From the NCBI GenBank assembly GCA_963727775.1, contig CAVSHB010000002.1, positions 544,001 through 608,000 of the forward strand: 64,000 nt of DNA, read 5' to 3'. Positions 39,589 through 49,303 of this stretch are shown here, piece after piece. Numbering within the stretch: the stretch's first letter is position 1; every line of letters begins with the position of its first letter. A program made the position numbers and the translations under genes. The notes beneath the pieces are model-generated. The model was not told where the DNA came from. It ran no database searches and saw only the letters and a program-made list of their open reading frames with translations. Source of the stretch: an uncultured Nitrospiraceae bacterium. Its GTDB lineage: Bacteria; Nitrospirota; Thermodesulfovibrionia; Thermodesulfovibrionales; SM23-35.

Positions 39589-39997
39589 GTGTAGGCAAAA
39601 AAAGAGCAACAAATTATTTGACTACTTATCTTTGTTAGGGTGATCCTCTCTATAGGAGAGAATAAAAAACCATAGTGCCACAAGAATCAGCCCTGCAAGT
39701 ATTACATACCCTCCATCCATAGCTTGAGTCCATTTTACCGGCCCCCTTAAGTTTTGTAAAGATAGGATAACTCTTCTCTCAAATGAGTATTCAGGACTAT
39801 TGCGGACATCTCAAGGAAAACTGAAAAGAGTTTCTTTCAAGACAAACTCTTCACGGTTTTGTTCTTCCTTGTAACAAACGAGATTACGAATTGTTATAAT
39901 TTGCTTGTTACAATCGTCAATAAACAAAATGAGAAGATATAAAATCGGATCTGAAATAACGACAAAAGACAAGTATATATATTAGAGAGGAGGGCTT

Positions 39998-41026
39998 TTG
40001 ATAAGAAATTGCATCAAGAAAAAATTTAGAGTCATCGGAATGACTATTTTGCTTTTATCTCTTATCAACTCCTGCAATCCGAACAAAGAACGGATGTACA
40101 GGGAGACTCGTCTTTCTTTATATACCATCGTTACTGTTACTGTATATTCCAATTCAGCACAGAAGGCAAATGCGGCAATAGAGAGTACTTTTAAGGAGTT
40201 AGACAGACTCGGGAAACTGCTTAATTTTTATTCGGAAGACAGTGAGGTATCAATAATCAACAGGTATGCTGGCATTAAACCTGTAAAGGTCTCGAAAGAA
40301 ACTCTCGAAGTGATCGATAAGGCACTTTATATCTCGAAAAACACCAACGGGGCATTTGATATTACCATCGGTGCCATAGTAAAGCTATGGGATTTTGAGA
40401 AACAGATTCTGCCTGATGACAAGTCGATAAAAGAGAAATTAAAACTTGTTGGCTATAAGAACGTTACCGTTGACAAGGCGAGATCAACAGTTTTTCTGCA
40501 AAAAAAAGGAATGCAAATAGATTTAGGCGGAATTGAAAAGGGGTATGCTGTTGATAGAGCTGTCAACGTATTAAAGCAGCACGGAATAACAGCTGGCATT
40601 ATTGCTGTTGGGGGAGAGGTCAAGCCGTTTGGAATGAAACCTAATGGAGAACCTTGGAAAGTTGGAATCAAGAATCCGCACCAAAAAGGCAAGGAGGATA
40701 CAATTTTCGCTATTGTCAATCTTACAGGCAAAGCAATATCAACATCCGGAGGCTATGAGAAATTCTTCGTTAAAGACGGCAAATGGTATCACCATATCTT
40801 GAACCCTGCGACGGGCTATCCTGCGTATGAATGTCAGAGCGTAAGCGTGATAGCAGATGATGCCCCTGATGGTTTTCCCACTGGGATATTTGTCATAGGT
40901 CCTCAAAAGGGCATGGAAGTATTGAAAAAGCTTGGGCTTGACGGTGTGATAATGGACAAGAAAGGAAAGGTTTTTATCACAGAAGGGATTAAAGATAAAG
41001 TGCAGTATATTCACAACGAACAGTAG
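39998..41026 (+). CDS. apbE: FAD:protein FMN transferase (ApbE) lipoprotein
   Basis: Lipobox-like LINSC, GAFDITIG, DLGGIEKGYAVD, STSGGYE, HHILNP. Confidence 0.92.
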   Translation: MIRNCIKKKFRVIGMTILLLSLINSCNPNKERMYRETRLSLYTIVTVTVYSNSAQKANAAIESTFKELDRLGKLLNFYSEDSEVSIINRYAGIKPVKVSKETLEVIDKALYISKNTNGAFDITIGAIVKLWDFEKQILPDDKSIKEKLKLVGYKNVTVDKARSTVFLQKKGMQIDLGGIEKGYAVDRAVNVLKQHGITAGIIAVGGEVKPFGMKPNGEPWKVGIKNPHQKGKEDTIFAIVNLTGKAISTSGGYEKFFVKDGKWYHHILNPATGYPAYECQSVSVIADDAPDGFPTGIFVIGPQKGMEVLKKLGLDGVIMDKKGKVFITEGIKDKVQYIHNEQ

Positions 41027-41102
41027 AGGTCTAAGTCGTTATCTGAATCGAAGATTTCCGTTCGAGTATACAGTCCCGGCCCTGGGCAATACTGCCTCTC
41101 AT

Positions 41103-41223
41103 TTCCTTCCTGTTATCCGCATCACTTGGGCAGAGTTTAAAAGTGAATGTTTCTTTTGATATTCGTGATTTGTATTGGAAGACTTTTTTGTTGTCCGGAA
41201 AAAAACAATAAGAAAATCAAAAA
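41103..41223. repeat. 121-bp dispersed direct repeat, copy B
   Basis: Matches 33770-33890. Confidence 0.85.
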
Positions 41224-41256
41224 AGTGTGAAGGTGATAGTCCTAATGTTTCAACAG

Positions 41257-41291
41257 CCTTAGGGACGGAAGAGTTTTTTCCGTCCCTAAGG
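41257..41291. terminator. 14-bp perfect hairpin downstream of the Cys-rich peptide gene
   Basis: CCTTAGGGACGGAA ... TTCCGTCCCTAAGG. Confidence 0.55.
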
Positions 41292-41458
41292 AAATAACTT
41301 CAGAATATCCTATCGCGTAAAGCTCTATTATTCGGATCCCTTAGAACCTTCTTCCGTTAACTTGCAACATACTTCGTTATCACCGCAAGTCACATCTTCT
41401 ACTTTAATATATTTGTCGGGCAAACAATCTTCAGGTTTCATGCAAGTATAACCTTTAG

Positions 41459-43304
41459 CGTATTTTCTTTTATGAAAACACCCATAAATGCTTATATTAC
41501 AATAGATTACCGTGTATTTGGCTTTCAAATGTAGCCATATAATATAGCATTTTATAGTTGACATAGTGGTAATCATATCCTATAATAGTAGCCATGCCAT
41601 TTAAAAAGAAGCCACGCCCCCATCTCGAAATACAGACTTCCGGCAATAAGCACTACGGCGTTATTCGCACTACCTTCCGTGAGAAGGGCGAAATCAGGCA
41701 CACGACACATGGGACCATTAAGGATATGAGTCTTGAACAACTAAAGCTCATACAGGCCGCCTTCAGGGGCGATGTGCTGGTAAAGGGTTCAGCCGACGCT
41801 CACAAAATCGCGGAATCGAAAGAGTACGGCGCTTCCTATGCGGTATTGCAGTTGGCGAAGGAATTAGAGTTGGACAAGATGATTTATTCGAGATATTCCG
41901 AGCAGTGGGTTAAAGACTGTCTTGCCATGATAATCGGCCGTTTAGTATATAGCGGCAGCAAGCTGGCTTTATCGCACAGATGGGAGGACACGGCATTATG
42001 GGAACTCTGCGGGATAGAAGGGCCGGTTGACGTAGATAAGCATTGTTATGAGCCTATGGATCGTCTTTTACAGAGGCAGGATGCCATCCAAAGTACATTG
42101 GCGAAAAAGCATCTCCGAAACGGCGCGCTTGTGCTTTACGATATAACCAGCAGTTATTTTGAGGGCGAGTATGAAGACAGTGAGATCGTTAAATTCGGAT
42201 ATAACCGGGACGGCAAGCGGGGGCATGAACAGATGGTGATAGGGCTGCTTTGCAGTCCCGAGGGGTGCCCTGTGGGTGTGGAAGTTTTCCCTGGGAATAC
42301 TCAGGATGCTCAAACGGTACCCGATAAAATAGCTGAGGTGCAGAAAAAATATGGGATCCAGGAGATAATCTTTGTAGGTGATCGTGGAATGGTTACTCAT
42401 GCCAATTACGAAAAGGTTAAGGATGTAAAAGGGCTCAATATAATATCGGCATTAACACACCACCAGATAAAAGAGCTACTGGAACGCAAGGTGATTCAGA
42501 TCGATATGTTTGATGAAAAGGAGATTATTGAAGTAGTGGATCCTGAGGCGATAGGACGGCGATACTGCTTATGCCGCAATCCAAAGACCGCTACAAGGGA
42601 AGCTGTGACACGCAAAGGCTTGATTGAGGTCACCAGAAAGGCATTGGATAGCATAGCCCAATCAAAACGGAAGTCGTCAAACGAGAAGATAGCGGCAAGG
42701 GTGGGGAAGGTTCTGGGAAAGTGGAAGACAGGTAAATTTGTAGAGTGGTCAGTACAGGATGGACGTCTCACATGGAAATTAAAAACAGAGAAGATCGAGA
42801 CTGAGGAATTGATTGACGGCTGTTACATCATTGCCTCCGATGTTCCTGCCGGGCTGATGGCAAAGCAGGCAATAGTGGCATCATATAAAAAGCTTGCTCT
42901 TGTAGAACAGGCGTTTCGGAACTTAAAGAGCGTACAGCTTGAGGTGCGGCCCGTTTATCACAAGACCGACGACCGAATCCGCTGTCATGTGTTTCTTTGC
43001 ATGCTTGCCTACTACTTGCAGTGGCATATGAATCAGAGACTAAAGCCTCTGTTTCAGTCTGACGGAAAAAATAAACACCGCAGATGGACATTTGAGTATG
43101 TGATTGAGAGATTAAAGAGCCTGAGAAGGCAGAGACTTCAAGTGCAGGGCTCTTCGTGCCGAATTGTTTGCACCCCGGATAACAGTCAGCAAAAGATTCT
43201 TGATCTGCTCAAGGTAAAATTGTAGCCATTTTCTTGAAATTAGAAATCGCCTTCAAATCATTGCAGCATATGGAGTTCCTCGTAGTTTTTAAAAAGAAAA
43301 TACG
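41459..43304 (+). mobile_element. IS1634-family element, copy 2 (1846 bp)
   Basis: Same IRs as copy 1; 6-bp TSD CTTTAG (41453-58, 43305-10). Confidence 0.92.
41594..43225 (+). CDS. IS1634-family DDE transposase (intact)
   Basis: LYDITSSYFEG, FGYNRDGK, FVGDRGM, Y..L..VEQAFRNLK, RPVYH..RIRCH. Confidence 0.93.
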   Translation: MPFKKKPRPHLEIQTSGNKHYGVIRTTFREKGEIRHTTHGTIKDMSLEQLKLIQAAFRGDVLVKGSADAHKIAESKEYGASYAVLQLAKELELDKMIYSRYSEQWVKDCLAMIIGRLVYSGSKLALSHRWEDTALWELCGIEGPVDVDKHCYEPMDRLLQRQDAIQSTLAKKHLRNGALVLYDITSSYFEGEYEDSEIVKFGYNRDGKRGHEQMVIGLLCSPEGCPVGVEVFPGNTQDAQTVPDKIAEVQKKYGIQEIIFVGDRGMVTHANYEKVKDVKGLNIISALTHHQIKELLERKVIQIDMFDEKEIIEVVDPEAIGRRYCLCRNPKTATREAVTRKGLIEVTRKALDSIAQSKRKSSNEKIAARVGKVLGKWKTGKFVEWSVQDGRLTWKLKTEKIETEELIDGCYIIASDVPAGLMAKQAIVASYKKLALVEQAFRNLKSVQLEVRPVYHKTDDRIRCHVFLCMLAYYLQWHMNQRLKPLFQSDGKNKHRRWTFEYVIERLKSLRRQRLQVQGSSCRIVCTPDNSQQKILDLLKVKL

Positions 43305-43569
43305 CTTTAGGACAATTACCGGCTCCCATATCATCAGTTGCAAATGCTGGTACGGCAAAGAAACACAAAAATGCAAATAAAAATGCCAGTCTTTTCATAC
43401 TTATCACCTCTTTTTTCGACAATTATATCTATATTTGAGAGAGTTTCAAGTCCATACAATAAACCTTTGTCTGTATGCAACACTTTTCTCTGAACTAAAC
43501 ACCGTCGACGTATGTTACAATGGCTCGGAGTACTATTAGAAATATATATGACTGCATTGGAGGCCCCAA

Positions 43570-43737
43570 ATGCCCGAATACGACTATGTTTGCAGCAAGT
43601 GCGGTAGAGCTTTTTCAGTATTTTTTTCATTCAAGGAAGTTGAAACTAAGCCGACTGTCATATGTCCCCAGTGTCAGAGCGATCAGGTCAAAAAGCAAAT
43701 CACTGGCTTCATTGCAATTACAAGCAAGAAATCATAG
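43570..43737 (+). CDS. FmdB-like zinc-ribbon protein (55 aa)
   Basis: Hand-translated MPEYDYVCSKCG...ICPQCQS..VKKQI...SKKS*; RBS GGAGG. Confidence 0.8.
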   Translation: MPEYDYVCSKCGRAFSVFFSFKEVETKPTVICPQCQSDQVKKQITGFIAITSKKS

Positions 43738-43771
43738 CTCACATAAGACCCTTGAAGAAGGAGGATGCCTG

Positions 43772-44188
43772 ATGAGTAGTAAAGAAATAGCGGACCATAA
43801 GGCTTTCCCGGATAAGTTCCTGAGGGGGGCGATAGGTAATCCCTTTCGCTTTACGAGCTATAAGCAGGTCCTGAAGATGGCTGGTTTCGACCTTTGCGCG
43901 GAGCGAAGCGGAAAGACTTCAAACAGCGTAACGCCGGTAATCTCCAAACAAGGGAAAGCCGATCTTCGCTACGCCTTATATCAGGCTGCTATAATCGCTT
44001 CCTTTCATAACAAAGATTTCACGATTTATTACACCAATAAGCTCAGAGGTCGGCAGAGGGAAAAGGGAATTAGTACGAAGATGCGTGTAAAGATAGCCGC
44101 AAAGCTTCTGGTTATCGCATGGACCTTGATGAAAAAAAGGGAACTATTCGATTCCAAATATCTCAATAAGGGGGATATCCAAGTATAG
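43772..44188 (+). pseudogene. 5'-truncated IS110-family transposase (C-terminal part only)
   Basis: IGNPFRF..KQVLKMAG..RSGK..ISKQG..LRYALYQAA..AAKLLVIAW; no DEDD N-terminal domain. Confidence 0.8.
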
Positions 44189-44657
44189 GCTGCATCGAAA
44201 GAACTTAACTGAGGGCTTCCTGTGAAGCTGTTTCTGTTCTGGAAGCCCCAAAAAAAAGACGCGGAGAGCCCGAGAGTGGTTTAGTTGAGGCGAAAGACCT
44301 CGTGAAGAACAATATAGGGCCTCTCGCTGAACCTGAGAATCTGGATAAGGGATGATGGGCGGTCCGCTCAATGCGGGACACGTCGGATAAACGTAACTAT
44401 CAGAAATCAAGTTCGATTGGAGTGAGAGAGTGCGTCAAGAAAAAATACTATCGTCCAGATGGACGTACGGCAGACTATTGTCCTTGCAAGATCTCGGATA
44501 ACGATCATTGATATTTAAGTAATTTCCCCAGATGTTTTTTGTCTTGACAGGAGGCACTATAGGATGTTCTACACATAGAAGTCCTCTCCTTGAGCATTGT
44601 CGACTTCTACAGATTATGATTTGTACACTGTAGCTTGATGCTGCCGGCCATGCCCGT

Positions 44658-45656
44658 TCAGATCTGCTCGGCAAGTCTTTTAACATCTCTGATTCCGTCG
44701 ACTTCGCCGATAAGTATCAGCGCATTGCCCGCTTCAAGAGTTATTTTGTCTGAGGGGTTGAAGACATATTTGTCTCCTTTTCTTACAGCGCTGACTGTCA
44801 CCCCTTCTTTCTCCAGAAGCCCAGAATCCCGCAACGTCTTGCCTGCGAATACCGAGTCAGAACGGACAGGAATATCTTCCACGCGGTATTCCTTCTCCTT
44901 GCCTTTCAGCATCTGATCAAGGAAAGTCACCGCATCGGGCCGGATCATTTCAGATGCCATCCTGAGCCCGCCGATAAATTCCGGCAGGACAACTCGATCG
45001 GCACCGGCCCTTTTCATTTTCTCCTCAGATTCTCTCTCGGCCGCACTGGCAACAATCCTCAATCGCGGGTTCATCCCCTTTGCAGTTAGGATAAGGAGCA
45101 AATTTTCGGCATCGTTGCTACTGAACGTACAAAACACGCCCTTTGCATTCGCAGCATTTGCCTCATTCAGTGTCGCAATGCTGGTCGCATCACCTTCGAC
45201 AAATAAAATTCCCCTCTGCCCGAGACGCTTGCAGACCTCTTCATCCCTGTCGATTACCACAAAAATCCTCTTGGTCTTGTTGAGTTCGTCGATGATGTGT
45301 CTGCTAAACCTCCCTGCGCCGCACACAATATAATGTCCTTTTAGGCGCGAGATACTCTTATCCATTTTCTTCCTCCTAATTATAGAGCTCAATTCTCCTT
45401 CCACCATAAAGGCGGTGAAGGTCGATATGCCAAAAAGCAGGATCCCCATACCAAATATGATGAGACACACGGTAAATATCCTGCCTGTAGGCGTAAGATG
45501 GTGGACCTCCATATAGCCGACGGTTGAGATAGTGATGACCGTCATGTACAGCGCATCGAAGAACCCCCAGCCCTCCAGGAGCATATACCCCGATACTCCC
45601 GAGAAGAAAACTACAACAAGCAAAATGAGCGATAGAAAAAGTCTTTTCAATAGCAT
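44658..45656 (-). CDS. 2-TM potassium-channel-like protein with TrkA-N / TrkA-C (RCK) domains
   Basis: DALYMTVITISTVGY pore region, HYIVCGAGR, EGDAT, C-terminal TrkA-C. Confidence 0.9.
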   Translation of the reverse strand: MLLKRLFLSLILLVVVFFSGVSGYMLLEGWGFFDALYMTVITISTVGYMEVHHLTPTGRIFTVCLIIFGMGILLFGISTFTAFMVEGELSSIIRRKKMDKSISRLKGHYIVCGAGRFSRHIIDELNKTKRIFVVIDRDEEVCKRLGQRGILFVEGDATSIATLNEANAANAKGVFCTFSSNDAENLLLILTAKGMNPRLRIVASAAERESEEKMKRAGADRVVLPEFIGGLRMASEMIRPDAVTFLDQMLKGKEKEYRVEDIPVRSDSVFAGKTLRDSGLLEKEGVTVSAVRKGDKYVFNPSDKITLEAGNALILIGEVDGIRDVKRLAEQI

Positions 45657-46120
45657 GTGAGGATTATAGCAAAAAAAGCGTTTTAGTTTGCAAAATCCGA
45701 AAGATAAAAGTGATAGCCGAGAAGAAACCCGAACTCATAAAAGTAATAGATTCGTAGGAAAAGACTGTCCATTCTGTAAACGTGGTGGGCATTAAGTATT
45801 CCTTTGGGATTTTGGTAATTTAGTGTCATATGACTTTAGAGGTGCGTCTTTCAAGTGAGTATTTCCAAGTCTAATCAGCATCTAAGGACAATGTTCCCAA
45901 TTGCACAGTAGATGAAGGAAGTGAGAGTGAAACTTTCGGTGCATAGTCTTCGATGTCAACAAAGGCCTATAAATATAAGAGGAAAATAGACAGCAATTAC
46001 GTTATTTTCTATTAATAAACAATAACTTGGCTTGGGGTTATTTATCTGTGTAGGTATCATTAAAAACCCGAAATTATGCCCCAAAAAGTTTTGCTGAGAG
46101 TTACGCCCCTTACATATTGA

Positions 46121-46693
46121 TAATTGATACACCCTGCGGTCTCTGCCGCAGGATCCGATGTATGTAGAGTAAATGGAGGGAAAGACCTGTAGACTGATAG
46201 AATAAAGAGACGATGGTAACTCTTGACGACGATATATGGCGATGGTATCACAATATATCGGAGTGTTACTATCACATTCAAATAACGGTGAAATACCGCA
46301 AGTCACTTTTGAGTAAAGAAGTAGAAGGGGCTATAGTTGGAGCGCTGAAAGGATTGAAAGAAAGGTATGCGATAGAGATCAATACAGTTGGATTTGATCG
46401 AAACCATGTGCATATTCTGTGTCGATATTTATCGAAGTATTCTGGGGGGGAGGTGATCAAGATAATAAAGAGTATAAGTGGGAAAAGAGTATATGAAGAG
46501 GCCCCCGAGGTAAAAAAAGAACTTTGGGGTGGTGAGTTCTGGACAGATGGGTACTACATAGCAACGATCAGCGGTAAAGGGAATAAAGGAGTGATTGAGA
46601 AATACATAAAGAACCAAGGCAGAGAGAAGGATGTTGGGCAGTTGAGGTTGTTTGACTTCTGACGCCCTGCGGTCTCTGCCGCAGGGTTCTTCA
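46121..46693 (+). mobile_element. IS200-like element (tnpA only; approximate ends)
   Basis: Identical sub-terminal hairpins CCCTGCGGTCTCTGCCGCAGG at 46132-52 and 46665-85 flanking tnpA. Confidence 0.85.
46213..46662 (+). CDS. tnpA: IS200/IS605-family Y1 transposase
   Basis: YHI..VKYR, HUH motif HVH, FWTDGY, YIKNQ. Confidence 0.95.
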   Translation: MVTLDDDIWRWYHNISECYYHIQITVKYRKSLLSKEVEGAIVGALKGLKERYAIEINTVGFDRNHVHILCRYLSKYSGGEVIKIIKSISGKRVYEEAPEVKKELWGGEFWTDGYYIATISGKGNKGVIEKYIKNQGREKDVGQLRLFDF

Positions 46694-46810
46694 CTTTAAA
46701 GGAAATAAATTTATCGGTGTGTTACGCTCAGCAAAACTTTTTGTTCTGTAGCTAACCGGGCATCAGGAATTCTTACGCAGCATTCAAGGGACTAATACAC
46801 ACGGGATAAA

Positions 46811-47494
46811 CTACTTTTCTTTCACCTGTATTGCCTCGACCCTCACGCGGGCGAGACCCTTGTTGTAAAAATCAAGCTTCTTGGCAGCTCCTATACTGAG
46901 ATCGATGATCCTCTCTCCTGACTTGGCATTGTGCCCGCTCGGAAAAGGTCCTCGGTCATTCACCCTTACGATTATCGATTTCTTGTTGTCAAGGTTTGTT
47001 ACCTTTGCAAACATGGGAATAGGCAGATATTTATGCGCCGCAGACAGGCCATTGGGATTGAACACTTCGCCATTCGCGGTCATCCTGCCGCTTTCGTAGC
47101 CATACCACGATGCAATGCCTTCCTCCTTGTAGTTCTTCGCCTTTTCGAGCGTCATCGGAATGTACTGCCTTCCTGCGACCGAATAGGGCGCGGTTTTTAC
47201 CCTTCCTTGGCGTATCGCCTCTTTCACAGGAAGACCGTCGATGCTCTCAATTTCCTCGTGTGTCAATGCCCATTCAATTGGCGCCTTTACTACCTCGTAT
47301 GTGTATTCACCAATCTTGTATATTATTTTCGTGGTCCCGGCAGTAACCTCGCATGTTGTTTTCACCACCCATACCCCTCCCTGCACCACATCCTTGGTAA
47401 CATGATAGGGCGCGGTAATTACAGCACAGCCGTTTGAAGATGCAATAGCAACTTCAAGGCACAGAAGAAGGATCACTTTTTTCATCTCTGTCAT
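46811..47494 (-). CDS. RlpA-family (DPBB) lytic transglycosylase lipoprotein
   Basis: GIASWYG, TANGE, AAHKYLP, VRVNDRGP, RIIDLS..AA; N-terminal lipobox-like Cys. Confidence 0.88.
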   Translation of the reverse strand: MTEMKKVILLLCLEVAIASSNGCAVITAPYHVTKDVVQGGVWVVKTTCEVTAGTTKIIYKIGEYTYEVVKAPIEWALTHEEIESIDGLPVKEAIRQGRVKTAPYSVAGRQYIPMTLEKAKNYKEEGIASWYGYESGRMTANGEVFNPNGLSAAHKYLPIPMFAKVTNLDNKKSIIVRVNDRGPFPSGHNAKSGERIIDLSIGAAKKLDFYNKGLARVRVEAIQVKEK

Positions 47495-47543
47495 TCCCGG
47501 GACAGGCTCGATGCAAGTTATTATAGAGGTAACACTTCAGGAG

Positions 47544-47855
47544 CTATTTTCTCGTGTCATTTTGAAGCTCACGCAAATTCTTCGATTTGGCATCGATTGT
47601 GTTAAATTTGTGTCTCAATGGGTCTTCTTTCCGGTTTGCTTTGCGAGTGGTTTTAGTTTTTTTAGAGGACTTGCCGGTATCTTTTTTAATGACAGTATTT
47701 TCAGCTTTCCCATTTCCATACCGGTATGCATTCAAGTCGTCATTTGAAAAAATTCTCTTGTCCTCGGAAAAGGTTTTTGAAAGAGGAAAGACGATGATAA
47801 ATAATATAATTAAACCTGTCGTCATCTTCACTTTTCTGGATAAGCCGTATTTCAT
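47544..47855 (-). CDS. hypothetical exported protein
   Basis: RBS AAAGGAGG, N-terminal hydrophobic stretch, Lys-rich remainder; may be truncated. Confidence 0.5.
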   Translation of the reverse strand: MKYGLSRKVKMTTGLIILFIIVFPLSKTFSEDKRIFSNDDLNAYRYGNGKAENTVIKKDTGKSSKKTKTTRKANRKEDPLRHKFNTIDAKSKNLRELQNDTRK

Positions 47856-47965
47856 GATACCTCCTTTCTCGGTAATATTGTATCAAAGATGTTGAACTAT
47901 CACTACTCGAAAAAAATTTCCTTTTGAGCCCTCTGCAATTTCATATTACCTCAAATATAAAACAA

Positions 47966-48067
47966 ACAATAATGTAATAACGATAACACAAATGTTTTAT
48001 GCGGTAGGTATTTTAAAAATAACTTTTATTAAATTTCAAGGGCTTAAAAGGTGGCATCGATATTGCA
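47966..48067 (+). promoter_or_regulatory. sigma54 promoter with upstream activator sites for the nifB operon
   Basis: TGGCATC-GATA-TTGCA at 48052-48067 (canonical GG-N10-GC); TGT-N10-ACA at 47973-47988, also readable as two ACA-N4-TGT boxes. Confidence 0.85.
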
Positions 48068-48100
48068 TTATATGTCAATAAACGACGAGTGAGGTTTACC

Positions 48101-49006
48101 ATGATGACGATAAAAAACAATGCAAGAGCAAGTGAGAATAAGCATATAATTAAAACGCATCCGTGCTTCTCTGCGGAGGCCCATCTTAAATTCGGCAGGA
48201 TACATCTCCCGGTTGCACCCGCGTGCAATATTCAGTGCAGGTACTGCATACGGAAATATGATTGCGCCAATGAATCACGTCCCGGGATTACAAGCAGGGT
48301 TATGACTCCAGTGGAAGCAATCGAAAGAGTGAGAGTGCTTATGGAACGGAATGAACGCATCAGTGTCATCGGCATAGCAGGACCCGGCGACCCATTGGTA
48401 AACAATGCTACTTTTGAGACCCTGAGGTCAATCAAAAAGGAATTCCCTGATATAACGCTATGTATTTCGACCAACGGTCTGCTGCTTCCTGAAAGGCTTC
48501 AGGACCTGCTGGAATGCGGGGTCAGGAGCCTGACCATCACTATAAACGCCATTATCCCGGAGACCGCGGAAAAGATATATTCGCACGTCATGTATAAGGG
48601 TGTGCGTTATACGGGGGCAGAGGCTGCCGAGCAGCTTTTGTGCAACCAGTGGCAAGGTCTTAGTAAAGCGAAAGAAGCAGGCCTTCTTGTAAAGGTCAAC
48701 AGCGTTTTTGTCCCGGGCGTGAATGAGGCGGACATCCCGTTGATCGCCCTGTACGCAGGTAAAAAGGGTGCGGATATTATGAATATCATCCAGTTAATCC
48801 CTCAGGCTGAATTCAAAAATCTTCCGAGACCTTCTCATGCAATGCTGAAGAAAATGCGTGAGAAATGCGGGGGTTATTTGTTACAGATGACCCACTGCAG
48901 GCAGTGCAGGGCCGATGCTTTCGGGGCACTCGGGGAAGACAGGGACATGGAGCTGGAGATGATAAATTCAAAGATCGGCGAGGAATATTGCGAGGTTGTG
49001 CATTAG
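48101..49006 (+). CDS. nifB: NifB radical SAM protein (single domain, no NifX-like domain)
   Basis: HPC, CNIQCRYC, ESRP, AGPG, TITIN and CRQCRADAFG all present. Confidence 0.88.
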   Translation: MMTIKNNARASENKHIIKTHPCFSAEAHLKFGRIHLPVAPACNIQCRYCIRKYDCANESRPGITSRVMTPVEAIERVRVLMERNERISVIGIAGPGDPLVNNATFETLRSIKKEFPDITLCISTNGLLLPERLQDLLECGVRSLTITINAIIPETAEKIYSHVMYKGVRYTGAEAAEQLLCNQWQGLSKAKEAGLLVKVNSVFVPGVNEADIPLIALYAGKKGADIMNIIQLIPQAEFKNLPRPSHAMLKKMREKCGGYLLQMTHCRQCRADAFGALGEDRDMELEMINSKIGEEYCEVVH

Positions 49007-49050
49007 CAAAAAGGCGGGACCGATGTCTTGCCACATCAGGAGGTAAAAAG

Positions 49051-49221
49051 ATGCTTTTGAGTATATTCATATTCAGCGTGATCGTTTCCTTTGTATCATT
49101 TTTGATATCAAAGAGAATACGTTCATACGACAGGAGTGAAATTGCCACCTACATGGTGCTCATTGCCTGGGGCTCTTTAATGTTTGGTTTGTATATATCT
49201 GGGTACCACATGCCTGACTGA
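49051..49221 (+). CDS. small 2-TM membrane protein (56 aa)
   Basis: RBS AGGAGGT; MLLSIFIFSVIVSFVSFLISK...YMVLIAWGSLMFGLYISG. Confidence 0.65.
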   Translation: MLLSIFIFSVIVSFVSFLISKRIRSYDRSEIATYMVLIAWGSLMFGLYISGYHMPD

Positions 49222-49303
49222 AGCAGGGAAAAATGATTTTTCAGGAACTTTCAGGCATTCCTCATGGAGGAAACACAAAGAATCACATTTCAGGAGGACA
49301 ATA

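Larger units (their letters stand above)
41328..43398 (-). pseudogene. secreted 72-aa Cys-rich peptide gene interrupted by IS1634 copy 2
   Basis: Removing the IS and one TSD gives the in-frame MKRLAFLFAFLCFFAVPAFA-TDDMGAGNCPKGYTCMKPEDCLPDKYIKVEDVTCGDNEVCCKLTEEGSKGSE*; RBS GAGGTG. Confidence 0.85.

Noticed and set aside
37743..43304. Composite transposon carrying apbE
   Set aside because: Each IS copy has its own TSD and copy 2 splits a resident gene, so they inserted independently.
43520..44188. 222-aa ORF as a single gene
   Set aside because: Its 5' part overlaps, out of frame, a better zinc-ribbon gene (43570-43737); only the 3' part resembles IS110.
45700..46060. AT-rich stretch with a CPFC motif
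   Set aside because: Interrupted by stops with no start or RBS; cannot be assigned.
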